Source: Candidatus Nomurabacteria bacterium (GTDB lineage: Bacteria > Patescibacteriota > Patescibacteriia > HK-STAS-PATE-3). From it: 64,000 bases of DNA. The translations under genes were made by a program, and so were the position numbers. The number at the start of each line of letters is the position of its first letter. Position 1 is the stretch's first letter. This document shows, piece by piece, positions 20,582 through 28,506 of the stretch. Under the pieces are notes generated by a model. It was not told where the DNA came from. It searched no databases and was given only the letters and a program-made list of their open reading frames with translations. Where the stretch lies: the NCBI GenBank assembly GCA_023898465.1, contig CP060223.1:480001-544000 (forward strand). Direction: 5' to 3'.

Positions 20582-21099
20582 AAATCCTTTTCTGGATGAC
20601 GTAAGCGCAAAATCTTATCTGTCTTAATTTTTGCTTCTTGCTCGAGATAATATTGACTCACGCCCGGGATAAATCGTAGCCAACGTAAAATAACCTTCGT
20701 TATGGCCTGTACCTTTACTTTTACCGCACTCAGCAATTCGGTAACCTTTTGAGCGGTTTTTTCTCCTTCTTGTTTGAAGCGCTGCTGCTGCTCAGGACTC
20801 ATCCCGCGAAAAACCTCTTGCAGATTTTCCTCCAAAATAGCCTCTACCTGCTGCGCTGGCGTACCATAAGGGAGGGCCGGCTCTATTTGACTGGTCTTAG
20901 TCTGCGGTTGAGCAATTCGTCGTCGAGATTCCGTATCAGAATGTATTTTTTCCTGCTCGTGTTGCGACTCACTTTCAAGAACCCTTTCAGGCTGCGGAGC
21001 CTGTTCAATCCCAAATTCAGGAGCTATCGCCTCGGGCTTTGCACGCTCTGGCGAAAAAGCCGGTGGTGCTTCTTGATGTTCCTTTGTTTGATCAGCCAC
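20578..21099 (-). CDS. hypothetical protein (acidic, low-complexity N-terminal half)
   Basis: GTG start preceded by AAGGGG..GGGGAA. ATGA overlap with the ATPase gene implies translational coupling. Has its own TTGAGA-N17-TATACT promoter upstream. Confidence 0.55.
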   Translation of the reverse strand: MADQTKEHQEAPPAFSPERAKPEAIAPEFGIEQAPQPERVLESESQHEQEKIHSDTESRRRIAQPQTKTSQIEPALPYGTPAQQVEAILEENLQEVFRGMSPEQQQRFKQEGEKTAQKVTELLSAVKVKVQAITKVILRWLRFIPGVSQYYLEQEAKIKTDKILRLRHPEKDL

Positions 21100-21272
21100 G
21101 TGTGTTCCCCTATACCCCTTAAAACAAATGAAAGTATAACATTTTCATCTTGCTTTCTCAACTTGAAGAAAAAAGAAAAGCCCCGCTCCAATTTGTTCGG
21201 AAGACTCCTCGGGATGAGAAGTGCTCGGAACAAACCAGAGCGGAGCAGATAAGGCCTTACCCAATCAACGGC

Positions 21273-21458
21273 TTAGTATGCACCCATGTACACACTTGCA
21301 CCGACAGCCCATAAAAAGCTGAAAAGAATGAGTAGGGCAGAAAGTGTGACACCTTCCATAACTTCAACCAGGACATGTGGCTGTGCTTTAGCTTGGGCAG
21401 CAGCTGGCTGGTCAGTAGTTGAAGCTACCGGTGTGGTATTCATTTGTGATGGTTCCAT
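21273..21458 (-). CDS. small membrane protein (61 aa, single C-terminal TM helix)
   Basis: ORF followed by a long imperfect hairpin plus a U-run. Function unknown. Confidence 0.4.
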   Translation of the reverse strand: MEPSQMNTTPVASTTDQPAAAQAKAQPHVLVEVMEGVTLSALLILFSFLWAVGASVYMGAY

Positions 21459-21528
21459 TTTTCTTTTTCCTTTTTGCTCCGTTGTACTGAACGGAGATAA
21501 TTTTTTTTAAACCGACTCCCTTCGACCT

Positions 21529-22530
21529 TTATACGGGAACTTGGTTTCGAGATGATGAGGTGGGAAGTGTTGGCGCAATCTTAGGAGCATGCGCTTGCAG
21601 CTCTTCTTCCAGTCGGTTGTCCTTTTCCCACTCTTGGACAACGGTCAGAATATCAGATTCGATAACTGTTGGTACTTTGCCGTCTTGATTGTTCAGTGAC
21701 TCGAGTTTTACTTTGGCAGCCGCTTCATCAATCACATCAATTGCTTTATCCGGGAAATGACGGTTGCTTAATTTTTGATTAGAAAGTTGCACCGCATAAT
21801 TTAATGCCTCGTCGGTAATACGTACACCATGGTGCTTTTCATATCGCGAACGTAATCCATACAAAATTTTTAAAGTCATGTCGGCACTTGGCTCTTCAAT
21901 GGCAACCGGCTGGAAGCGTCGCTCTAGAGTACTGTCACGTGAAATATAATTTGTATACTCTTCAGGGGTAGAAGCGCCAATGACTTGTAACTCACCGCGT
22001 GCTAGAGCCGGCTTCAGAATATCGGCTGCATCAATTGCACCAGATGCCTCACCTGCCTCGGCTAAGGTATGAATCTCGTCGATGAACAAAATGATTGTTC
22101 GGTTCGCATGAATGATTTCATCGCGTAAAGTTTTTAAGCGCTTCTCAAATTCACCGCGATATTTTGTGCCAGCAACCAAGCCAGCTAAGTCGAGAGCTAG
22201 CACGCGTTTCCCTTTCAAAGTTTCGGGAACTTTTCCGTTGGCAATTTCGCTGGCTAACTCCTCAACTATAGCCGTCTTACCAACTCCTGAGTAACCGATC
22301 AACACGGGATTATTTTTTGTACGGCGTGAGAGAATTTGAATAAGTCGATGAATCTCATGACTGCGACCAATCACTGGATCTAATTTCCCTTGGCGTGCAA
22401 GGTGGGTTAAATCATTTGCGTATAAACCTAAAGTCGAGACATGATGGCCGCCATCCCTCTGTCCCTTAACGTAATAAAAAATTACCAGCAGTCCAATCAA
22501 CCCAATTCCGAGTGGTACAAATATTTCCAT
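21529..22530 (-). CDS. membrane-anchored single-domain AAA+ ATPase homologous to the D1 ring of ClpA/ClpB/ClpC
   Basis: N-terminal TM helix [21 protein letters not shown]. Then [77 protein letters not shown]. No N-domain, M-domain or D2. Confidence 0.8.
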   Translation of the reverse strand: MEIFVPLGIGLIGLLVIFYYVKGQRDGGHHVSTLGLYANDLTHLARQGKLDPVIGRSHEIHRLIQILSRRTKNNPVLIGYSGVGKTAIVEELASEIANGKVPETLKGKRVLALDLAGLVAGTKYRGEFEKRLKTLRDEIIHANRTIILFIDEIHTLAEAGEASGAIDAADILKPALARGELQVIGASTPEEYTNYISRDSTLERRFQPVAIEEPSADMTLKILYGLRSRYEKHHGVRITDEALNYAVQLSNQKLSNRHFPDKAIDVIDEAAAKVKLESLNNQDGKVPTVIESDILTVVQEWEKDNRLEEELQAHAPKIAPTLPTSSSRNQVPV

Positions 22531-22578
22531 AACCTTTTTTGTTTTTCTTTTGCTTACAGCGCTTAACGCTGTACGTTT

Positions 22579-22818
22579 TTATTCTTCTGAGGTAACAAAG
22601 ACTTGATCTACGCCGAGCACTTCGCCATTGCGATATGTTTTTGTCGCGCTAGCGGTCGGGATAGTGTCTTGCTTCCCGCCTGTCCAAGTGTAGATGGCGG
22701 AAAAAAGAACTGAGCCAAGTACGATAACACCCACTGACACAACATAGAGCAGGGCTATTTTTTGACTTGTGCTTACTTGTGTAGTGGTTTGTACTGGGAT
22801 TGTTTTTTTATTTGGCAT
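22579..22818 (-). CDS. small membrane protein (79 aa)
   Basis: I place the start at MPNKKT, preceded by AGGAGG. One TM helix. Confidence 0.5.
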   Translation of the reverse strand: MPNKKTIPVQTTTQVSTSQKIALLYVVSVGVIVLGSVLFSAIYTWTGGKQDTIPTASATKTYRNGEVLGVDQVFVTSEE

Positions 22819-22880
22819 AAGGCCTCCTGGTTTGAAAAACAAAGACCATATTCAGTCTTTGTGTTTCTTTTACATTTACT

Positions 22881-22909
22881 ATTCTAGCACACTTTTTTAC
22901 TTTTTGCAA
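22881..22909 (-). promoter_or_regulatory. sigma70-like promoter TTGCAA-N17-TAGAAT for the 22818->17956 gene string
   Basis: Read directly. The leader contains hairpin ACAAAGAC-N8-GTCTTTGT followed by UUUUC, before the SD. Confidence 0.5.
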
Positions 22910-23182
22910 GCATAAAATAACGCGTCAATTGTTTCGGCAATGTTCAATTTAATATATTACCAAACTCCCTGGACTACCACGTTCAGGGAGAGCGCTTCTT
23001 CCGCGAAGGTGGTACTTCGCGGAATTGTAAAGGTGACTTTATTGCCCCCCCTCCCTTCCCTATTCCATGCACCGTCCAAGATAAATTCTTGGACTACGCG
23101 GTTATTATTTTCTCCTGCGTAGCGCAGGCGAAGAATTCATCTTCGCCATTCAGCATCGCTGGAGTTTATACAAAAACTTCAG

Positions 23183-23223
23183 GCAAAAGAAAGACGCCTG
23201 CACTCAAATGAGTAACAGGCGTC
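23183..23223 (-). terminator. intrinsic terminator of the lipoprotein operon
   Basis: GACGCCTG-N15-CAGGCGTC followed on the minus strand by TTTCTTTTG. Confidence 0.55.
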
Positions 23224-23263
23224 ATGGTGGTGAGTGAGTCGGGAAGATCATACTTCCTCCTCA

Positions 23264-23713
23264 CTACTGTCCGCGAACCGTGAAGTCCGGTCCGCCGTTG
23301 TTGTTGGTGCACACCGCGACGACCCAAGCGTACTTGCCCGTGAAACCGCGGACGGTTTCAACTTCGTAGATGCGCTCAGCCGTGATCGCCGGCACGTTGA
23401 TGGTGAAAGTACGAAACACACGATCACTGATCTGTGACTGATACACTTTGATAGTGTATCGCCCCTCGTTCAGGGTCATAGTCCCGTACTCATTGGGATG
23501 CACGGTCAGTCTTCGCGGCGGAGTACCGTCTTGCTCGTCCGCCGCTGCATGCCGAGTGATCTCGTACGACAAGGTGTAGTTCCAGTCGTTCGAGAAGATG
23601 CCTTCCGAACCTGCGAAATCCGGTCCCGTGAGCGTGAATGCACACCCAGAGAGGAGCGACGCTACGATGCCCAGAAGAGCAACGATAGCGAAGAAACGGT
23701 TGAACACCTGCAT
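23264..23713 (-). CDS. putative lipoprotein, unknown function
   Basis: Signal peptide with lipobox LLSGC. GC-rich codon usage. 149 aa. Confidence 0.55.
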   Translation of the reverse strand: MQVFNRFFAIVALLGIVASLLSGCAFTLTGPDFAGSEGIFSNDWNYTLSYEITRHAAADEQDGTPPRRLTVHPNEYGTMTLNEGRYTIKVYQSQISDRVFRTFTINVPAITAERIYEVETVRGFTGKYAWVVAVCTNNNGGPDFTVRGQ

Positions 23714-23719
23714 TGTTCA

Positions 23720-24142
23720 TTACCTCCCAATCACCACGCCAGCAGCGTAGCGATGGTTGTAGTAGCGGAAGCTCCGTCCTTGATATGGGACGAAGAACTT
23801 TCCGTCACGTGTCTTCTTCCCATCGACGTTGAAGGATGTCCAGAGATACTTGCCCTCCGGATACCACTTCACGAAAGTCGGACATGTTCCGTCCAACGTG
23901 AATTGGTCCAGAGGATTCCTGTCAGAATCGTAGACGATCACTCGTTGCGTGAAATCCCGAAGTGGACCAGTGTTGGCGAAGATGACTTCCCCGCCTCCAG
24001 TCGACTCCACCACCTCGTGTCCATGCGCGACAGGGTTGTCGCACACGAAAACTTCGTGACAGAAGCGAGCTGTCGGTCCGCAACCCGTGAGGAGGGTCAC
24101 GCCAGCAGTCAACAACATGATGACAAAGAGCGAGCGGTTCAT
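23720..24142 (-). CDS. putative lipoprotein, unknown function
   Basis: Signal peptide with lipobox LLTGC. SD GGAGGAAAGG upstream. 140 aa. Confidence 0.55.
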   Translation of the reverse strand: MNRSLFVIMLLTAGVTLLTGCGPTARFCHEVFVCDNPVAHGHEVVESTGGGEVIFANTGPLRDFTQRVIVYDSDRNPLDQFTLDGTCPTFVKWYPEGKYLWTSFNVDGKKTRDGKFFVPYQGRSFRYYNHRYAAGVVIGR

Positions 24143-24187
24143 TTTCCTTTCCTCCGTAGCTAGAGTGCTTCCAATTGTGAACAGAGC

Positions 24188-24216
24188 ATGATAGCATATT
24201 TTCTCTATTTTGTCAA
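24188..24216 (-). promoter_or_regulatory. sigma70 promoter TTGACA-N17-TATCAT driving the lipoprotein operon
   Basis: Read directly on the minus strand. Confidence 0.55.
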
Positions 24217-24316
24217 GAGGAGTAATAAATAACCTCCAACCGAAAGCTGAAGATGGCCATCTTCAGCTGCGAATACTATTGCCCATGCACTCCTCTACTT
24301 GCTACACTTCCCCTAC

Positions 24317-25693
24317 ATGGAACTCCAGCTATTCAACACACTGACACGACAGAAAGAAATATTTACTCAACCAGACCAGAGTCCGGTAAAAATGTATTCA
24401 TGCGGACCAACGGTGTATGGCTTCGCGCACATTGGTAATCTCCGCACCTATGTGTTTAGCGACCTCCTCCGCCGAACTCTTGAGTACAATGGTTTCAAAG
24501 TTGCCCAAGTCATGAACAGCACCGACGTTGGACATCTCACCGACGATGCTGATCAGGGAGAAGATAAAGTCGAGCAACAAGCCAAACGTGAAGCAAAAAG
24601 TGCGCTCGAGCTCACTCGTTCCTATGAGGAAGCCTTTCTTCATGATTTAGATGCCCTGCATATCGAACGCCCTACCCAATGGCTACGTGCGAGCGAACAC
24701 ATCCAAGAACAAATTGCCTTGATTCAACAACTTGAGGCAAAAGGGGTTACCTATCAGACTAGCGATGGAATTTATTATGACACCAGCACCTTCCCCCGCT
24801 ACGGCGAATTCGCCCGACTACATACGGCCGGACAACAGGAAGGCGCCCGCGTGCAAGTGAATACTGAGAAGCGTCATCCGACTGACTTTGCTCTGTGGAA
24901 GTTCAGTCCAGCTAACCAACAGCGCCAAATGGAATGGGGTTCTCCTTGGGGAGTTGGCTTCCCGGGCTGGCATCTAGAGTGTTCAGCTATGGTGATGAAA
25001 GCCTTTGGACCGACTGCTGATATTCACACCGGCGGTATTGATCATATTCCTGTCCACCATACGAATGAAATTGCCCAGAGCGAAGCAGTGACCGGCCAAG
25101 CGCTGGCCCGTTTCTGGCTGCATGGCGAATTCCTTATAATAGACGAGGGTCGTATGGGTAAATCTGAAGGAAATGCGCTTACCTTAAAAACACTGCAGGC
25201 AAAGGCCTTTGATCCTATCGCCTACCGCTTCTGGCTATTGCAAACTCATTATCGCACCAAGTTAAACTTTACCTGGGAAGCTCTCGAGGCAGCCCAGCGA
25301 GGTTGGCAAAACATGACTGCCGAAATAGAGCGTTGGGGCGCTATAGAGCCGGGACAAAGGAATGAAGATTTTGAGCAGCGCTTCCACGAAGCCATCAACA
25401 ATGATTTAGATCTGCCAAAATCTATGGCTATAACTTGGGAGTTGTTGCGCTCGGAAATACCTACCAATGATAAACTGGCCACCCTCTTAGGTTTTGATCG
25501 AGTTCTTGGACTAGGTATTGAAAGCATCCGCCCAATTACGCTGCCTGAGGAATTAAACACCTTATTACAAGAGCGCGAAACAGCCAGACAGGCAAAGGAC
25601 TGGGAAAAGGCGGATACGCTTCGTCAGCAACTTCTCGATGCTGGGTATGTAGTTGAGGATCGACCAAGCGGCGCTTTTGTCCGCCGAGCCTAA
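24317..25693 (+). CDS. cysS: cysteine--tRNA ligase
   Basis: MELQLFNTLTRQKEIF...MYSCGPTVYGFAHIGNLRTY (HIGH-type motif), WGVGFPGWHLECSAM, GKSEGN (KMSKS-type). I place the start at the ATG at 24317. Confidence 0.9.
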   Translation: MELQLFNTLTRQKEIFTQPDQSPVKMYSCGPTVYGFAHIGNLRTYVFSDLLRRTLEYNGFKVAQVMNSTDVGHLTDDADQGEDKVEQQAKREAKSALELTRSYEEAFLHDLDALHIERPTQWLRASEHIQEQIALIQQLEAKGVTYQTSDGIYYDTSTFPRYGEFARLHTAGQQEGARVQVNTEKRHPTDFALWKFSPANQQRQMEWGSPWGVGFPGWHLECSAMVMKAFGPTADIHTGGIDHIPVHHTNEIAQSEAVTGQALARFWLHGEFLIIDEGRMGKSEGNALTLKTLQAKAFDPIAYRFWLLQTHYRTKLNFTWEALEAAQRGWQNMTAEIERWGAIEPGQRNEDFEQRFHEAINNDLDLPKSMAITWELLRSEIPTNDKLATLLGFDRVLGLGIESIRPITLPEELNTLLQERETARQAKDWEKADTLRQQLLDAGYVVEDRPSGAFVRRA

Positions 25694-26068
25694 TTACACT
25701 GAGACAAAGCTTTTTGCATAGGTGATGGCTTCATCCATGCCGCCTTCGTATTTCACCACGTACTGATCAGCCACTTCCCTACCTGCTTGCATATCCACGC
25801 GTGAACATAGGGAGCTAAGGAGTATTAAGGGGATGTGCTTTGTACGCTGGTCAGCTTTAATGCAACGAGCAGAGGCAATTCCATTCATCACTGGCATAAC
25901 AATATCTGAAATTATCAGGTCCGGCTTTTCATTCATAACTATAGATACCGGATCAGCACTTGGGTTAGTAAAGTGTCGCACCTCAAAGCCAGCTTGGCGC
26001 AGACGCTGGCCAAACTTTTCTGCAAAAGCTGGGTCATCTTCAAAATGAAGTACTCGAGGTTTAGACAC
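25694..26068 (-). CDS. stand-alone response-regulator receiver domain protein
   Basis: 124 aa. DD pair (FEDD), phospho-acceptor DLIISDIVMP, conserved K near the C-terminus. Confidence 0.8.
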   Translation of the reverse strand: MSKPRVLHFEDDPAFAEKFGQRLRQAGFEVRHFTNPSADPVSIVMNEKPDLIISDIVMPVMNGIASARCIKADQRTKHIPLILLSSLCSRVDMQAGREVADQYVVKYEGGMDEAITYAKSFVSV

Positions 26069-26147
26069 AGAAGGAGTATAGCAAACTTTCTATATACTTA
26101 TGCTATAGTAAGACTGCTTAAATAATTGGATCATTTACGAGGGGAAA

Positions 26148-26834
26148 ATGAAAATACTACTCATCGAAGACAACCCAGAAATCCGTGAGTTTCTCAAGCC
26201 GGCTTTAGAAGCGGAGGCTTTTTCAGTTGATATTGCTGAGAATGGTAACATTGGTGCAAAAATGTCATGGGATCACACCTATGACTTGATTATTTTGGAC
26301 TACATGCTGCCGGATAAAAATGGCTGGGAAGTATGCCAAGAAATAAGAAATCGTGGAAATAAGGTACCTATTCTCGCACTTTCGGTGGTAAATGATACCG
26401 AAAAGAAAGTAGAATTTCTCAACTCAGGCGCTGATGACTATCTCACGAAACCTTTTTCCTTTAATGAATTATTAGCCAGAATTAGGGCACTTTTGCGTCG
26501 ACCCGATACTTTTGTGCACAATACACTGGCCGTTGGTGACCTTGAAATGGATCTCATTCAGCAAACAGTACGATGTGGGGGCCAAGAAGTATATCTAACT
26601 CGCAAAGAGTTTGAATTATTGGAGTATTTAATGCGAAACCCAGATCGTCCTTTATCCCGAGGAATGATTATTGAGCATGTCTGGGATATGGCAATTAATA
26701 CTTTTTCAAACACAATAGAAACGCATATTTTCAATTTGCGTCGGAAGCTCAATGAAAAAGCTTCGCGACAAATAATCGAAACACTCCCGGGTCGAGGTTA
26801 TAAAATAAGTTCAGTTTCCAAAATCACTTCTTAA
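26148..26834 (+). CDS. OmpR/PhoB-family response regulator
   Basis: REC domain (DLIILDYMLPDKNG) plus winged-helix (LTRKEFELLEYLMRNP...VWD...TIETHIFNLRRKL). Confidence 0.9.
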   Translation: MKILLIEDNPEIREFLKPALEAEAFSVDIAENGNIGAKMSWDHTYDLIILDYMLPDKNGWEVCQEIRNRGNKVPILALSVVNDTEKKVEFLNSGADDYLTKPFSFNELLARIRALLRRPDTFVHNTLAVGDLEMDLIQQTVRCGGQEVYLTRKEFELLEYLMRNPDRPLSRGMIIEHVWDMAINTFSNTIETHIFNLRRKLNEKASRQIIETLPGRGYKISSVSKITS

Positions 26835-27051
26835 GATAAAGTTAAGCAATTCTTTATCTCACCTGCTCTATAGTACATGTGCGCCTTGCTGGTCGACATT
26901 GCGCAGTAGTACAAATTTAATAGGAATAAGCCACATGAGCACCTTACTGGAGCAAATGCTCAACCAAGTTGAGACGCGGGGGGAATTGCAGAGCACCGAA
27001 ATTGCTCTGCAGCAAAGTGAGTTCCAGCCCTGGTCTCCCTGATAGCGCAAA

Positions 27052-28506
27052 ATGAACGCTCCGACGCCTCAGTTTGGAAACGGCTTTTTTTCAAAACCGA
27101 ACTACCCGCGTAAGGGCGTTCATTTTTTTCGTCTGCTTTTTGCACTTAAATCCATTGATGAGGATAAGCGTCGTAAGGAATTTATTCTCCTTATTATTCT
27201 GACGACCTCCATACTTATTGTCCTAGCGCTGAATCTCAGCGTACTTATTCGATTACTGCAAAGCCCTGACTTCACCGATCTGCGAGTTGCCGTCCCTTTC
27301 ATCATACTTCTCGCCTTTGTTTTTCTCTTCTGGTTAATGAAAAAACAACACATTACGATTACATCGTACATTGTCGTTGGAGTATATTTCTTCAGTATAA
27401 GCTTTGCTGCTTATACTTGGGGTATTGATTTGCCGGCCGCACTACTGAGTTTTGGTGTCCTCCTTTTTATTTCCGGAATGCTTATTTCAGCTCGCTTTGG
27501 TATTGGCTTGGCTATTGCCACTGCGGCTATCTTGATTTATTTTGCGTATCTGGAAGAGCACGGTATACACACACCGGACCGAGCCTGGATACAACAAGGG
27601 ATACGAGTAAGCGATGCCATAAATTTTTCTATCATACTGCTCTTTTTAACTGTGATCTCATGGCTGGCTAACTCCCAAATCAATAAATCTTTGCAACGCG
27701 CTCGATATTCTGAGGAAGCCCTGAAACAAGAGAAAGACCTACTAGAAATTACGGTACAAAATCGCACAAAGGCTTTGCGAAAAATTGAGCTACAAAAAAT
27801 ATCCGAGCTGTCTCAATTTGCTGAATTTGGCCGACTAGCAGCAGGACTGTTTCATGATCTCATTAATCCACTTAATGGCCTGCTCTTAAATATCCATCGC
27901 CTCTAACAAAGTGATGAAGCAAAGCAAGGAGACACACAAGAACGTATACAGCAAGCCGTAAAAGTAGGAGCTAAATTACAAGAATTTATTCAAAGGATTA
28001 AAAAGCAAATTAGTCGGGAACAAAGCCATGAAATATTTTTCCCAGCAAATGAGATTAGCGATGTTATCGAGCTACTGCGATACCAAAGCACTGAAGCAAA
28101 GGTGCATATCGCCTGCGTGACCACTAGAGAAATTTCCATTTATGGCTCCCCTCTCCTGTTTAGACAGCTCATACTCAATCTCCTAACCAACGCGATTGAG
28201 GCGTATCAAGGAACTGAGCAAAAAGATAAAACTGTACTCATCACACTTCATGCAGATAATGCAAATAATGAACTGAGCGTCCGAGATCATGGAGTTGGTA
28301 TCCCGAAAGATAAGCTCTATAAAATATTTGAGCCATTTTATACGACCAAGCCTAGTGATACTGGGATAGGCATTGGACTATCCACCGTTAAAAGTATTGT
28401 TGAGCAAGAATTGGGAGGAAGTATTAAGGTGCAAAGCGGCGAATATACAACCTTTACCATTCGTTGGCCTCAAAACTCTTCACCGACGCGACATGGAGAA
28501 CACTAA
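27052..28506 (+). pseudogene. sensor histidine kinase interrupted by one in-frame TAA (27904-27906)
   Basis: Track ORFs 27052-27906 and 28102-28506 are in the same frame, and the 195 nt between them have no further stop. The H-box FHDLINPLNG is just before the stop. The N box LLTNAIEA and G boxes DHGVGIP / GIGIGL come after it. Confidence 0.75.

Larger units (their letters stand above)
22960..24250. other. GC-rich compositional island A (hairpin cluster + two lipoprotein genes)
   Basis: Hand count of 23281-23340 gives 63% GC, against 33-48% in backbone sample lines. Has its own promoter and terminator. Confidence 0.6.

Noticed and set aside
22999-23031. GAAGGUGGUACUUCGCGG resembles the T-box consensus (GGGUGGUACCGCG), and cysS lies downstream on the same strand.
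   Set aside because: It is 1.3 kb from cysS, with two opposite-strand genes and a terminator in between. The UGGU sits in a closed 6-nt hairpin loop rather than an antiterminator bulge. I found no stem I with a Cys specifier codon or a matching terminator.
23498-24163. 221-aa plus-strand ORF across island A. Similar long antisense ORFs occur at 20749-21252, 34792-35403, 60019-60546 and 60497-60955.
   Set aside because: They lie antisense to better-supported genes that have signal peptides, SDs and known motifs. They have no SD of their own and Arg/Ser/Pro-rich compositions typical of shadow ORFs, especially in GC-rich DNA.
26935-27042. 35-aa ORF (MSTLLEQMLNQVETRGELQSTEIALQQSEFQPWSP) between the response regulator and the kinase.
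   Set aside because: It has no SD, no hydrophobic or Cys pattern, and I have no way to assess conservation here.
27904-27906. Possibility that the TAA inside the histidine kinase signals an alternative genetic code.
   Set aside because: Many well-supported genes in the window terminate at TAA at the expected protein ends (for example 38599-38601 and 42746-42748). No other conserved gene shows internal stops.
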